Assembly: GCA_947258385.1 (NCBI GenBank)
Contig: CAMYII010000116.1
Span: forward strand, 3,984 to 67,983
From: Acidiferrobacterales bacterium
GTDB lineage: Bacteria > Pseudomonadota > Gammaproteobacteria > Acidiferrobacterales > SZUA-150
DNA: 64,000 nucleotides
Reading direction: 5' to 3'
A program made the translations under genes and the position numbers. How positions within the stretch are numbered: position 1 is the first letter of the stretch; each line of letters opens with the position of its first letter. Below are positions 1-10,005 of this stretch, piece by piece. The notes beneath the pieces were generated by a model. The model was not told the origin of the DNA. It made no database searches and saw only the letters and a list, made by a program, of their open reading frames with translations.

Positions 1-475
1 GGAGATCACAAAGGCCTTCGTGTACTCGTTTGAGGAACAGGCCGAGGCGCTGTTCCAGAACTATCTGGATCACACCGAGGCCTATGTCAACAAGGCGAGG
101 GTAAAGGACCGCAACACCGGTGAAGAGCTGCAACCCGATGAAGGCTTCCTCAAATCAGTGGAGGAACAGATCGCCATCGTCGGCGCCTCGGCCCTGGGGT
201 TCCGCCAGGAGGTCATGTCTTACCTGTGGGCAAAGAGCCGGCGCGGCGAGAAGGTCAGCTACCATGTCTACGAGCCACTCAAGGAGGCGATCGAGAAGAA
301 ACTGATGGCCTCCGTGCGCGAGATGAGCCGCGTCATTACCAAGGCGCGCACTCGGGATGAAGAGCAGGTGAAGAAGTACACCGATCTGGTCAAGGCGCTG
401 CTCGAACGCGGTTACAACGAATACTCCGCGGAAGTGGTGCTCAAATACGCCGCCAACAATCTCTGGAAGGACTGA
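1..475 (+). CDS. yeaG: PrkA/YeaG-family serine protein kinase, C-terminal part (5' end lies outside the window)
   Basis: The frame is open from the window edge (frame of ORF 20..475). The C-terminal sequence ..SYLWAKSRRGEKVSYHVYEPLKEAIEKKL.. is typical of the PrkA C-domain. It is followed by yeaH and ycgB homologues in the conserved order. Confidence 0.8.
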   Translation, partial: EITKAFVYSFEEQAEALFQNYLDHTEAYVNKARVKDRNTGEELQPDEGFLKSVEEQIAIVGASALGFRQEVMSYLWAKSRRGEKVSYHVYEPLKEAIEKKLMASVREMSRVITKARTRDEEQVKKYTDLVKALLERGYNEYSAEVVLKYAANNLWKD

Positions 476-503
476 GATTGCATACATGGTCGATTAGAGG
501 CTC

Positions 504-1691
504 ATGACCGACACTGTCTTCCGTCCGTATTCCGAGTCCGACGCGCTGCGCTCGGACCGCAGCGCCGGTGACCGCGTACGGCACCGGCAGAAAGTGCGCG
601 ATGCGATCCGGGAGAACATCTCCGACATCGTGGCCGAGGAATCCATCATCGGTCAGAGCCGGGACAAGATCGTCAAGGTCCCCATCCGCGGGATTCGCGA
701 ATACCGCTTTGTCTATGGCGAGGACGAGCCCGGGGTCGGCGCCGGCGACGGCGAGACGAAGCCGGGGCAGGTGATCAGCACGAGCGATGAGGGAGAGGGG
801 CAGGCGGGCACGGCGGGCGACCGTCCGGGAATCGATTACTATGAAACCGAGATCACCCTGGAGGAGCTGGTCGATATCATGTTCGAGGACCTGGCGCTGC
901 CCGATATGGAGCGCAAGAAGCTGAGGGAGATCCCGGAGGAAAGCGCGCGCAAACGCAAGGGTTTTCGCAAGGTGGGCATACGCGTGCATCTCGACAAGAA
1001 GCGCACGGCCATCTCCCGCATCCGGCGCAAGGTGGCCACGCAAAAAGCAATCAGTGATGAGGACGAGGCACCGCGCTTTCCGTTTCACCGCGATGATCTC
1101 AAATACCGGCGGCTGGTGCGCGACATACGCATGCAGTCCAACGCCGTCGTGCTGTGTATCATGGACACGTCCGGGTCCATGGATACGATGAAGAAATACC
1201 TCGCGCGCAGCTTTTTCTTCCTGCTCTACCAGTTTGTGCGCACACGCTACAACAACGTCGACGTGGTATTCATCGCCCACCATACCGAGGCGCGCGAGGT
1301 GAGCGAAGAGGAATTCTTCACCAAGGGCGAGTCCGGCGGCACCATGATCTCCTCCGGTTATCACAAGGCGCTGGAGATCATCGAGGAGCGTTACCACCCT
1401 TCTCTGTGGAATATCTACGCGTTTCACTGCTCGGATGGCGATAACTGGAGCCACGACAACGCCGCCACGCTCAAATCGGCGAGGGCGCTGTGTGAAATCA
1501 GCAATCTGTTCGGTTACGGCGAGATCAAGCCACTCAACTCCGGCTACTACGGTGAATCGCTGCTCAAATTCTTCGAAAAGATCAAGGCCACGAATTTTCA
1601 GGCCTTGCTGATCGAGGGCAAAAACGATATCTGGCCGAGCTTCAAGACCTTCCTGTCGCACGAACAGGTGGCGGAAACGGCGACCTACTGA
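504..1691 (+). CDS. yeaH: YeaH/DUF444 (UPF0229) protein with vWA-like MIDAS block
   Basis: 395-aa ORF with the block VVLCIMDTSGSMD. It sits 28 nt after yeaG, giving the conserved yeaG-yeaH-ycgB synteny. Confidence 0.85.
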   Translation: MTDTVFRPYSESDALRSDRSAGDRVRHRQKVRDAIRENISDIVAEESIIGQSRDKIVKVPIRGIREYRFVYGEDEPGVGAGDGETKPGQVISTSDEGEGQAGTAGDRPGIDYYETEITLEELVDIMFEDLALPDMERKKLREIPEESARKRKGFRKVGIRVHLDKKRTAISRIRRKVATQKAISDEDEAPRFPFHRDDLKYRRLVRDIRMQSNAVVLCIMDTSGSMDTMKKYLARSFFFLLYQFVRTRYNNVDVVFIAHHTEAREVSEEEFFTKGESGGTMISSGYHKALEIIEERYHPSLWNIYAFHCSDGDNWSHDNAATLKSARALCEISNLFGYGEIKPLNSGYYGESLLKFFEKIKATNFQALLIEGKNDIWPSFKTFLSHEQVAETATY

Positions 1692-1712
1692 GCGGGTCCG
1701 CGATCTAATCCG

Positions 1713-3143
1713 ATGCCAAGCAGCTGGACCATCAAAGACCTGGAACACTGGGACGCGAAAATCCGCGAAAAGGTGGAGGAGTTCGGACTGTCGTGCTTTC
1801 CGCAGGAATTTGCGGTGTGCGATCACGAACAGATGCTGGGCTACATGGCCTACCAGGGCATGCCCGCGCATTATCCCCACTGGTCCTACGGCAAGTCCTA
1901 TGAGAAGCTGAAGACGCTCTATAACTACGGCGTGACGGGGCTGCCCTATGAAATGGTCATCAACGCCAATCCGGCACTGGCTTACCTGATGGGGGCCAAT
2001 TCCCTGTGCCTGCAGATCCTCACCATCGCCCACGTCTACGGACACAACGATTTCTTCCGCAATAATTTCATGTTCCGGGACACGCGCCCGGAACTTGCGC
2101 TGAGCCAGTTCAAGCTGCGCGCCGACCGCGTGCGTCGTTACGTCGAAGACCCGTCCATCGGGCTGCAGCAGGTGGAGGAGGTGCTGGACGCCGCCCACGC
2201 GCTTTCGCTGCAGTGCCGGCGCGACACCGCCATCCGCAAACTGTCACAGGAAGAACAGCAGACACAGGCTCTGGCCGCGGCCGAGCCGCCGCACGACCCC
2301 TTCGCCAGCATTCACAAGCCCCAGCAATACGAGGCGCCGGACCTGCACAAGGTGCCGCTTGAACCCGAAGCGGACATCCTGCTGTTCATCGCCGAGCACA
2401 ATCGGTATCTCGCCGAATGGCAGAAGGACCTGTTGCATATGGTGCACGAGGACGCGCAGTATTTTATTCCCCAGATCGAAACCAAGATCATGAACGAGGG
2501 CTGGGCCAGTTATTGGCACCATAAGATCGTGAACAGCCTGGACCTGCCCGAGAATCTGCATCTCGAGTTCCTGGTTCACCACAACCAGGTCATAAGCCCC
2601 CATCGCGGCAGTCTCAATCCCTATCACGTCGGGTTCAATATCTGGCACGACATCCAGCGCCACTACGACGAACCGACGGACGAGGAGATCGCGCAATATG
2701 GCGCGCCGGAGAAGAGCGGGATGGACAAACTCTTCGAGGTGCGGGAAACCGACCGGGATATCTCCTTCCTGCGGCGTTTTCTCACCGAAAGGCTGATGCG
2801 TGAGATGGACCTGTTCGAGTATCAACGCAAAGGCAGCCGCTATGTCGTCTCCCACGTCTCCGACGAGGAACACTGGCAGACCGTTAAAGAGACCCTGCTG
2901 CACAACACCGGCATGGCCACGGTGCCGATGATCCGTATCATTGATGCCGATCATGAGCATAACCGCGTGCTGCTGCTCGAGCACGAGCATGACGGCCGCG
3001 GGCTGCACCCGGAGTACGTGGAAAAGACCCTGGGCTACATTTACCGGCTCTGGGGACGTAAGGTGCTGCTGCAGACCGTGGTCGGCGACAAACCGGTGAC
3101 GCTGTCTTACGATCACGCCGGCTTCGGGCGGCGCGAGGACTGA
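1713..3143 (+). CDS. ycgB: SpoVR/YcgB family protein
   Basis: 476-aa ORF with SpoVR-type blocks (..CLQILTIAHVYGHNDFF.., ..KIMNEGWASYWH..). It is the third gene of the prkA module. Confidence 0.85.
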   Translation: MPSSWTIKDLEHWDAKIREKVEEFGLSCFPQEFAVCDHEQMLGYMAYQGMPAHYPHWSYGKSYEKLKTLYNYGVTGLPYEMVINANPALAYLMGANSLCLQILTIAHVYGHNDFFRNNFMFRDTRPELALSQFKLRADRVRRYVEDPSIGLQQVEEVLDAAHALSLQCRRDTAIRKLSQEEQQTQALAAAEPPHDPFASIHKPQQYEAPDLHKVPLEPEADILLFIAEHNRYLAEWQKDLLHMVHEDAQYFIPQIETKIMNEGWASYWHHKIVNSLDLPENLHLEFLVHHNQVISPHRGSLNPYHVGFNIWHDIQRHYDEPTDEEIAQYGAPEKSGMDKLFEVRETDRDISFLRRFLTERLMREMDLFEYQRKGSRYVVSHVSDEEHWQTVKETLLHNTGMATVPMIRIIDADHEHNRVLLLEHEHDGRGLHPEYVEKTLGYIYRLWGRKVLLQTVVGDKPVTLSYDHAGFGRRED

Positions 3144-3147
3144 GGCC

Positions 3148-4435
3148 TCAGGGCCTGGCCACCCCGCCGACGGCCCACACCGAATCGGGCGGCAAGGACA
3201 AACACTCCCGCACTTGCTCGACAAGGCTCAAGGAGCAGATCTCGGCCGACAGCGCCTCGGCCTTGCTCGTGTCGGTCTGCCTGACGGTCTGCGCGAGCCA
3301 CGGAATGAGCAGCGGTTCCACGGAAAACGTCCGGTAACCCAGGCCCAGCATCACCGGCATCGCGCCCGGGAGCTGCGGCAACAGGCCGCAGACCTGCAAC
3401 TGGCCCAGATGCCCGCCGGCCGCCAGCGCCGCCTGACGCAAGAAACGAAACAGCACGGGCGCGTAAGGATCCAACAGCCCCCGCAGCTCGGGCTGATCGC
3501 GATCGGCCGCGAACAGGCATTGCATCAAATCATTGCAGCCGATGGCCACGAAGTCGGCCAACTCAAACCAGTCGGTCAACGCCAGCACCGCCGCCGGGGT
3601 TTCCGCCATGGTCCCGATCGGAAGCGGTATTGGCAACCGCCGTTCGATCTCGCCACGCCAGTACTGAAATTCCTCCAACCGGACTACGTAAGGCAGCAGC
3701 AGCCGCAAATCGAACTGTCCGCTCAGTCGCCCCACGGCCTCGACCTGGGCGCGCAACACACTCGCCACCGGCTCGATGTCATACAGGCGCACGCCCTGGA
3801 GGCCGAGCGCGCCCTGCAGGCCCGGTACCGGGCCCAACCAGGCGGGCACCTTGTCGGCGGCGAGATCCAACAGGCGGACGGTCACCGCCAGCGGCTGCGC
3901 CGCATGACACAGTGTCTTCAGGGCGGTCTCAAAAAAGGACGCGTCCGGCGGCAGACCGTCGCTCGGGACCAGGAACTCCGAACGCACCAACCCGATGGCG
4001 GCGGCACCGTGCGTCACGGCCCGGGCCGCGCCGGCGATATCGGCGACACTGGCGCGCAGTTCCACCGGGACACCGTCGGCAGTGAGCACCGGGGCTCCGG
4101 CGGCGGGTGCCGGCGGCACGGCCCCAGGCTCACCGACCTCTTCCGGCGCGGGGCTGGCGAGTCGGCCGGTGAGGCCGTCGAGCGACACCTCATCGCCGTC
4201 CGTGAGCCCTTGCGCGTGCCGGGCGCTGACAATGACCGTCGGAATACCCAGGCTCAGGAGACGGATCATAGGGTGCGCCGTCCACCACGATCAGGCCGGC
4301 GGGCAACACCGCAAAAGACTTGATCTCCTGCTGCGAGATTATTGCGATAGTGTCATGCCCGGTCGCGGCCATGCCGCGCCGCAGCACGCCGCGCGCGCGC
4401 CCCGGAACAAACGGTGTTGCCTGCAAGGTTGGCAT
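3148..4435 (-). pseudogene. PEP-utilising enzyme (EI/PtsP-like swivel phosphohistidine domain plus PEP-binding barrel) with a broken reading frame
   Basis: ORF 4190..4435 gives the swivel-domain N-terminus (..GRARGVL..AGLIVVDGAP). ORF 3148..4269 gives the rest (..LSLGIPTVIV.. and GCNDLMQC). The expected T-x-H phosphohistidine (TAHPM) lies in the downstream frame just after an in-frame TGA at 4291-4293. Joining the parts therefore needs a frameshift within about 4272-4290. Confidence 0.6.
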
Positions 4436-4667
4436 GAGCCGTTCTCATGAGTCAGGAGATGCGTGACCGAAGGAACCTCTGCCTTCAGTAGGAGCTTCCC
4501 TAAGCGCACATCAACCACCGATGGTTCGACCACTTGCCGCGGGCTGCCCCCTGGGCGGCAATCTACCACGCCGCGTACCGCTTAGAAACTGCAGCGCCCG
4601 GATCGCCACAGCGGTAGAATCACACCATGGCACAACGGTTGGGCGCATCGTTAACGACCACATCGTA

Positions 4668-5693
4668 ATGAAGCCGTATCTTCATCCGCAACCCGTCAAT
4701 GACGCCTTCGGAGACCCGGCGGTCTACGTCGATTTCCTGTTCGAGAAGCGGGCGTTGCTGCTGGACCTGGGCGACATCCAGGCGCTGCCCCCGCGCAAGA
4801 TCCTGCGCATCAGTCATGTGTTCGTCTCTCACACCCACATGGACCACTTCATCGGCTTCGACCGCATCGTGCGAATCTGCCTGGGACGGGAACGGCAACT
4901 GGAAATGTTCGGGCCACCCGGCTTTATCGACCAGGTCGAGCACAAGCTCGCGGCGTACACCTGGAATCTGGTGCAGAACTACGAGACCGACTTCACCATC
5001 GTCGCGACCGAATGGCATCCGCACGGCGCGATACAGGCCGCACGCTTTCGTTGCCCGGAATGCTTCCGGCGCGAGCGCTGTCCGCCGGCCGTAACCGATG
5101 ACGGTATCCTGCTCGATGAAGAGGTGCTTCGGGTGCGCGCGGTGGCGCTGGATCACCGCATCCCCTGTCTCGCCTTCGCCATCGAAGAGAAGCAGCATAT
5201 CAACGTATGGAAGAACCGTCTCGACGAGTTGGGGTTGCCGACCGGTCCCTGGCTGCAGGAGCTGAAGGCCGCGGTCCGGCGCGGCGATGCCGACGACATG
5301 CCGTTTAGGGTCTGGTGGCATGAGCACGGCGAGACCCATGAGCGTTACCTGCCGTTGGGCCTGCTGAGGAGCAAAGTATTGCGCCTGGCGCCGGGCCAGA
5401 AAATCGGCTATGTCGTCGACACGGTCTATCACGCGGACAACGCGCGTCGCATCATCGATCTGACGCGCGACGCCGATGTCTTGTTCTGTGAAACGGTCTT
5501 TCTCGATGAAGACGCCGAGCGTGCCGCGAAGACCTATCATCTGACCGCCACCCAGGCCGGTCGCCTGGCACGCGAGGCGGCGGTCAAGCGCCTGGTTCCC
5601 TTGCATTTTTCAGCGCGCTACAGCGAGCGGGAAGAGGTGCTCCATCGCGAGGCCCAGGCGGCCTTTACCGGAACAGTCGCAACCCCGGACTGA
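4668..5693 (+). CDS. MBL-fold metallo-hydrolase (RNase Z/ElaC-like)
   Basis: HxHxDH motif (SHTHMDHFIGFD). I chose the in-frame ATG at 4668 (MKPYLHPQPVND..) rather than the longest ORF start at 4521. Confidence 0.75.
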   Translation: MKPYLHPQPVNDAFGDPAVYVDFLFEKRALLLDLGDIQALPPRKILRISHVFVSHTHMDHFIGFDRIVRICLGRERQLEMFGPPGFIDQVEHKLAAYTWNLVQNYETDFTIVATEWHPHGAIQAARFRCPECFRRERCPPAVTDDGILLDEEVLRVRAVALDHRIPCLAFAIEEKQHINVWKNRLDELGLPTGPWLQELKAAVRRGDADDMPFRVWWHEHGETHERYLPLGLLRSKVLRLAPGQKIGYVVDTVYHADNARRIIDLTRDADVLFCETVFLDEDAERAAKTYHLTATQAGRLAREAAVKRLVPLHFSARYSEREEVLHREAQAAFTGTVATPD

Positions 5694-5736
5694 TGTGATT
5701 CCCCAACAATGCCTGGCCGCCGCGTCCGGCAATGTC

Positions 5737-6009
5737 TCACGCGCCTTCCTGTTCCCCCACCGGCTCGGCGTCGTGGCTCTGCGGGTGTGCGGTGCGCAGG
5801 CAGTTGCCGTTGGTATCCCAATAGATCGGTTTCTCGGTCTGCAGCAAGGTTAACAGATTCCGAAAATCGTCGGAATGCAGATTCTTGATACAGTACAGAT
5901 CGGTAAGCCGCAGCGCGTTGCGCAGGATGACCCTGCCGCACCCGGGCTTGTCCGGATTGCCTGAAGGAACCCACTCGGCATAGTAGTTACTGATGGTCAC
6001 AACAGCCAT
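5737..6009 (-). CDS. hypothetical 90-aa protein
   Basis: A strong SD (GAAGGAGG) lies 5-6 nt upstream of the ATG at 6009. No family was recognised. Confidence 0.5.
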   Translation of the reverse strand: MAVVTISNYYAEWVPSGNPDKPGCGRVILRNALRLTDLYCIKNLHSDDFRNLLTLLQTEKPIYWDTNGNCLRTAHPQSHDAEPVGEQEGA

Positions 6010-6173
6010 GGTTCGCCTCCTTCTTTGAACGTTGCAACACCGCTGAACAGGTTAACACCTTCCTGCCAGCGACGCCTGGAAACAGGCATCCGTGTGCGCG
6101 CCCTGTGTTATGATGGCAGCCTGACCGTGACCCATCACGCCCGGGTCACGGGGCCGCCGCCGGGAGGTAGAAA

Positions 6174-7058
6174 ATGCATGTGTCGGATGTGCGCCGTTTT
6201 TACCGCGGGCGATTGCGTACGACACTCCTGTTCTTCGCCAGGCAATTCCACAGGCCGTGGCGACGGCTGGCCAGAGCCATGAGGCTGAGCGCGGCGCTGC
6301 CGCTTGTCGCGATGCTGGGCGCCTGCGCCACCGTCCCCGAGACCGGTCGCTCGCAACTGCTGTTGATCAGCCCGGAGCAGGAGTTTCAACTGGGCTTGAG
6401 CGAATTCTCCAGGCTCAAGCAAGCGACACCGCCCTCCAGGGATGCGGTGCAAAACGCCATGCTGCAACGCGTCGGCCAGCGCATCGCCGCGGTGGCGCCG
6501 CTGCCGAATGCGCGCTGGGAATTCGTCCTGTTTGATAAGGCCGGCACCGCCAATGCCTTCTGCCTGCCGGGCGGCAAGGTCGGCGTTTATACCGGCATGC
6601 TGCCCATCACCCAAAATGAGGCCGGACTGGCGACCGTGATCGGCCACGAGGTCGCGCACGCCGTCGCCCGCCACGGTGCGGAGAGGATCTCGGAAGGATT
6701 GTTGGTCCAACTGGGCGGTGAGCTGCTGGAACAAGCGCTGCAAACCAGGCCGGGGGCGACCCAGCAGCTGATCCTCGGCGCCTACGGCATCGGCGCCGAT
6801 GCCGGCATCATGCTGCCGCATTCGCGCCAACAGGAACTGGAGGCCGATCACCTCGGTCTGCTCTACATGGCGCGTGCGGGCTACTATCCGCGCGAGGCGG
6901 TGGCCTTCTGGCAACGCTTCAGCGCCTACGCGCGGCAACAGGGCGGTCGCCGCATCGAGTTCCTGAGCACGCACCCGCTGGACGACACCCGCATTGCGCG
7001 GCTCAACGCCCTGATGCCCAGGGCGCTCGCGGAGTACCGCGCCGCGGGCGGGCGATAG
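6174..7058 (+). CDS. M48-family Zn metallopeptidase, probable lipoprotein
   Basis: HExxH (GHEVAHAVARH), a downstream E..EADHLG block and a lipobox (VAMLGAC). GGAGG lies 6 nt before ATG 6174. An alternative start at ATG 6279 (MRLSAALPL..) would give a classical lipoprotein signal. Confidence 0.8.
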   Translation: MHVSDVRRFYRGRLRTTLLFFARQFHRPWRRLARAMRLSAALPLVAMLGACATVPETGRSQLLLISPEQEFQLGLSEFSRLKQATPPSRDAVQNAMLQRVGQRIAAVAPLPNARWEFVLFDKAGTANAFCLPGGKVGVYTGMLPITQNEAGLATVIGHEVAHAVARHGAERISEGLLVQLGGELLEQALQTRPGATQQLILGAYGIGADAGIMLPHSRQQELEADHLGLLYMARAGYYPREAVAFWQRFSAYARQQGGRRIEFLSTHPLDDTRIARLNALMPRALAEYRAAGGR

Positions 7059-7154
7059 CGGCTCATGCGGGCCGTCACGGCATGCACCGTTGGGCCCGCG
7101 GCCCCAAGCATGGCATGAACCACTTACGAGTGTGTTGCGGCGCGGAGACCGGCC

Positions 7155-9077
7155 ATGGCAAACAAGCGCAAGAATAACCAACGCCCTTTGCTGAATGCGA
7201 TGCAGCTGAAATGGTGGCCCTGGCTACTGCTGCTGCTGTTGCTGATGCTGCCCTATCTGTTCTTTCTGCGCGAGGCCGTAGTGGCACCCGCGTACGAGAT
7301 CCCCTACTCCGAGTTCAAGACGCTGCTGAAGGCCGGCAAGGTCACCGAGGTGCAACTGCACGGCGAGGCCGCCACGGGCAGGCTCAGCGCGCCGATGCCG
7401 ATCGGACCGCAGGGCAAGGCAGGCGAGCGCTTCAAGACACGCATCCCGGCGTTCGGCGATGAGTCGCTGCTCCCGGCGCTGGAGGCGCAGGGGGTCGAGG
7501 TGCACGTGGGCGAGCCCAAGGCGGCAGGCGGATGGTTCGCGGTGGTGATCGCCATCTTGCCGTGGTTGTTCCTGATGGGGCTGTTGTTCTGGGCCATGCA
7601 GCGGGCGAGCCGGAACCTCTCCGGCGGGCTCGGCGGGCGCGGCGATCTGCAGCAATTCCTGCGCGGCGCGACCCGCAAGGCCGAGGTCCCGCATGTCACT
7701 TTCGCCGATGTGGCCGGACAGGAGAACGCCAAGCGCGAGGTGCAGGAACTGGTCGAGTTCCTGCGCCAGCCCCAGCAGTATCGGAAACTCGGCGCCGAGG
7801 TGCCGCGCGGCGTGCTGTTGATGGGGGCGCCGGGCACGGGCAAGACCCTGCTCGCCCGCGCGCTGGCCGGCGAGGCGGGGGTGCCGTTTTACTCGATCTC
7901 AGGGTCCGAATTCATCGAGGTCTTCGTGGGGGTGGGGGCCTCACGCGTGCGCAACCTGTTTCAGGAGGCGAAGAAAAACGCGCCTTCGATCATCTTTATC
8001 GACGAACTGGACAGCGTCGGCCGCACGCGCGGCACCGGTCTCGGCGGCGGCCATGATGAGCGCGAACAGACCCTGAACCAGATCCTGGCCGAAATGGACG
8101 GCTTCACCGGCCACGAGGCGGTGATCGTGCTGGCGGCCACCAACCGGCCCGATGTGCTGGACCCGGCGCTGCTGCGCCCCGGCCGCTTCGACCGGCACGT
8201 CACGCTCGATCTGCCCGATCGCAACGACCGCGTCGCGATCTTGAAGGTCCACATTCGCAAGGTCCCCATCGCCGCCGATGTGGACCTCGAGCATATCGCC
8301 GCCGGGACCCCCGGCTTCTCCGGGGCGGATCTCAGGAACCTGGTGAACGAAGCGGCCCTACTGGCGGCGCGGGAGCGGTCTAAAACCGTGACCATGCAAC
8401 ACTTCGAGGACGCGCGCGACAAGCTGCTGCTCGGCAGCGTGCGCACCCTCGCCATTCAACCGGAGGAGCGCCACCGCCTGGCGGTGCACGAGGCCGGCCA
8501 CACGCTGGTCGCCTATTTTGTCCCCCACGCCGACCCGCTGTACAAGGTCACCATCATTCCGCGCGGCCGGGCGCTGGGCGGCACGCAGCAGTTGCCGGAA
8601 GAGGAACGCCACACCCTACCGGAGGAATACTTGCGGGACCGGCTGGCCGTGGTGCTGGGCGGGCGGGCGGCCGAGAAGCAGCTGCTCAGCAGCGTGAGCT
8701 CCGGCGCCGACGACGACATCCAGAAGGCCACCCAGCTGGCACGGGCCATGGTCACGCGCTGGGGCATGTCTGAGGAGATCGGTCCGGTGGACCTGCGCGA
8801 AAGCGAGGAGCACCCCTTCCTCGGGCGCGAGATTGCGCAGCCGCGCCGGTTCAGCGAAAGCTCCGCCCAGGCGGTGGACACCGCCGTACGCCGTCTACTG
8901 AGCGAGGCCGAACAGGCGGCCACGGACATCATCGACAGCCACCGTGCCGCGCTCGATACCCTGATCCACCGCCTGGAGGAACGCGAGACGCTACATCGGG
9001 AGGAAATCGAGCAATGCCTCGCGCCGCAGGAACGGGCGGCAGCAACGGCAACGCGTGACAACTTACCGCAGGGATAG
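7155..9077 (+). CDS. ftsH: ATP-dependent zinc metalloprotease FtsH
   Basis: N-terminal TM helices, Walker A GAPGTGKT, Walker [12 protein letters not shown] ..[19 protein letters not shown] and the Zn site HEAGHTLV. Confidence 0.9.
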   Translation: MANKRKNNQRPLLNAMQLKWWPWLLLLLLLMLPYLFFLREAVVAPAYEIPYSEFKTLLKAGKVTEVQLHGEAATGRLSAPMPIGPQGKAGERFKTRIPAFGDESLLPALEAQGVEVHVGEPKAAGGWFAVVIAILPWLFLMGLLFWAMQRASRNLSGGLGGRGDLQQFLRGATRKAEVPHVTFADVAGQENAKREVQELVEFLRQPQQYRKLGAEVPRGVLLMGAPGTGKTLLARALAGEAGVPFYSISGSEFIEVFVGVGASRVRNLFQEAKKNAPSIIFIDELDSVGRTRGTGLGGGHDEREQTLNQILAEMDGFTGHEAVIVLAATNRPDVLDPALLRPGRFDRHVTLDLPDRNDRVAILKVHIRKVPIAADVDLEHIAAGTPGFSGADLRNLVNEAALLAARERSKTVTMQHFEDARDKLLLGSVRTLAIQPEERHRLAVHEAGHTLVAYFVPHADPLYKVTIIPRGRALGGTQQLPEEERHTLPEEYLRDRLAVVLGGRAAEKQLLSSVSSGADDDIQKATQLARAMVTRWGMSEEIGPVDLRESEEHPFLGREIAQPRRFSESSAQAVDTAVRRLLSEAEQAATDIIDSHRAALDTLIHRLEERETLHREEIEQCLAPQERAAATATRDNLPQG

Positions 9078-9121
9078 CAACGTCAACAGAGACGTCAGCA
9101 ATACCCTTTGCCTGCCCCTTT

Positions 9122-9673
9122 TCATGAATCAGGCGGGCGCACCTTCACCGTTTGCGTGAACAGCACGGCGTTGGGGATGAGCACCTGGCCGTCCGCGGTC
9201 CTCAGGGTGGTGTAACGCAGATCGACCGAGATCACCTGCCCCTCGAACCCGCCGGCGGTGACATGATCATTGCGCTGAAACGGGCGGTAAAAAAGCACCA
9301 GAATGCCCGCCACGGCATTGGCCAGCACGTCCTTGAGGGCAAAGCTGAGCGCAAAACCGGTCAGCCCCAGGCCGGCGACCATCGCCGCCACGTTGATGCC
9401 CAGCGTCCCCAGCGCGGAGACCAACCCGACCAGCACCAGGGACACCTTGATGATCTGGCCAAAGAGCCGCAGGATGTCGCGCCGCTCGGGATCGCCGCGT
9501 CGTGCGACGCGTTTCAGTAAATGCTGTACCGTCACGCCGCCGAACCAGAAGCCCAGAAAGACCGCGAGGCTCCCGGCAATGCGGGGCGTGTAGAGGCTGA
9601 TGTCGCTGATCAGACCCTGAAGATAGTCTTCCATTGCGTGACCCTGGCCGAAGTGAGACCGAAACGGAGGCAA
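9122..9673 (-). CDS. small MscS-family mechanosensitive channel
   Basis: Three TM helices followed by an MscS beta-domain (..FYRPFQRNDHVTAGGFEGQVISVDLRYTTLR..). The start may instead be ATG 9634 (MEDYLQGL..). Confidence 0.75.
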   Translation of the reverse strand: MPPFRSHFGQGHAMEDYLQGLISDISLYTPRIAGSLAVFLGFWFGGVTVQHLLKRVARRGDPERRDILRLFGQIIKVSLVLVGLVSALGTLGINVAAMVAGLGLTGFALSFALKDVLANAVAGILVLFYRPFQRNDHVTAGGFEGQVISVDLRYTTLRTADGQVLIPNAVLFTQTVKVRPPDS

Positions 9674-9806
9674 ATACTAGCACAGGCGCCGGGCCTGTCG
9701 CGTGGATCACTGCATCGACAGCAGGCGGCACGACCATTATAGTGGCCGCTGATGGCGGGACGCCCGCCAGTCATCCCGGGCATGCCCGGCACCGCACGAG
9801 GCGCAC

Positions 9807-9989
9807 ATGGAGCCTTACCGTTATCTCGAGAAAGTGGCAAGCGCCCTGGATTCCCTGGACGATCCCGAGGAGATCGGCGAGATACTCGATGAGTTGGAGT
9901 TTCTCTATGAGGCACTGGAACCGGAGTTGCAGGGGCTCGCCACCGACCTGATCGCGCGGCTGAGTGCCCGCCTCAAATCCCTGCGCTGA
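9807..9989 (+). CDS. hypothetical acidic 60-aa protein
   Basis: The ORF has coding-like composition (E/L/D-rich helix). It lies immediately upstream of the next ORF. No family was recognised. Confidence 0.35.
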   Translation: MEPYRYLEKVASALDSLDDPEEIGEILDELEFLYEALEPELQGLATDLIARLSARLKSLR

Positions 9990-10005
9990 AAACCTCCCAC
10001 CGGAC

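Noticed and set aside
441-2198. 585-aa ORF on the minus strand, antisense to yeaH/ycgB.
   Set aside because: It is Arg/Ala/Gly/Leu-rich with no recognisable motif. The plus strand encodes strongly recognisable proteins. Long shadow ORFs of this kind are typical of high-GC DNA.
3141-3150. The stops of the convergent ycgB and PEP-enzyme genes form the palindrome TGAGGCCTCA with only 4 bp between the genes.
   Set aside because: It is a curious arrangement but too short to be a terminator hairpin. It is probably a coincidence of two stop codons.
3214-4323. 369-aa plus-strand ORF, with other overlapping ORFs, antisense to the PEP-utilising enzyme.
   Set aside because: It has low-complexity Arg/Gln/Gly-rich translation and no SD. 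The opposite strand carries clear PEP-utilizer motifs.
4628-4643. A sigma-54-like string TGGCAC-AACGG-TTGG upstream of the MBL gene. A second one, TGGCAC-CGGAG-TTGG, lies at 48336-48351.
   Set aside because: The -12 element is TTGG rather than TTGC, so the conserved GC dinucleotide is missing. Only the 26377 site matches the full consensus.
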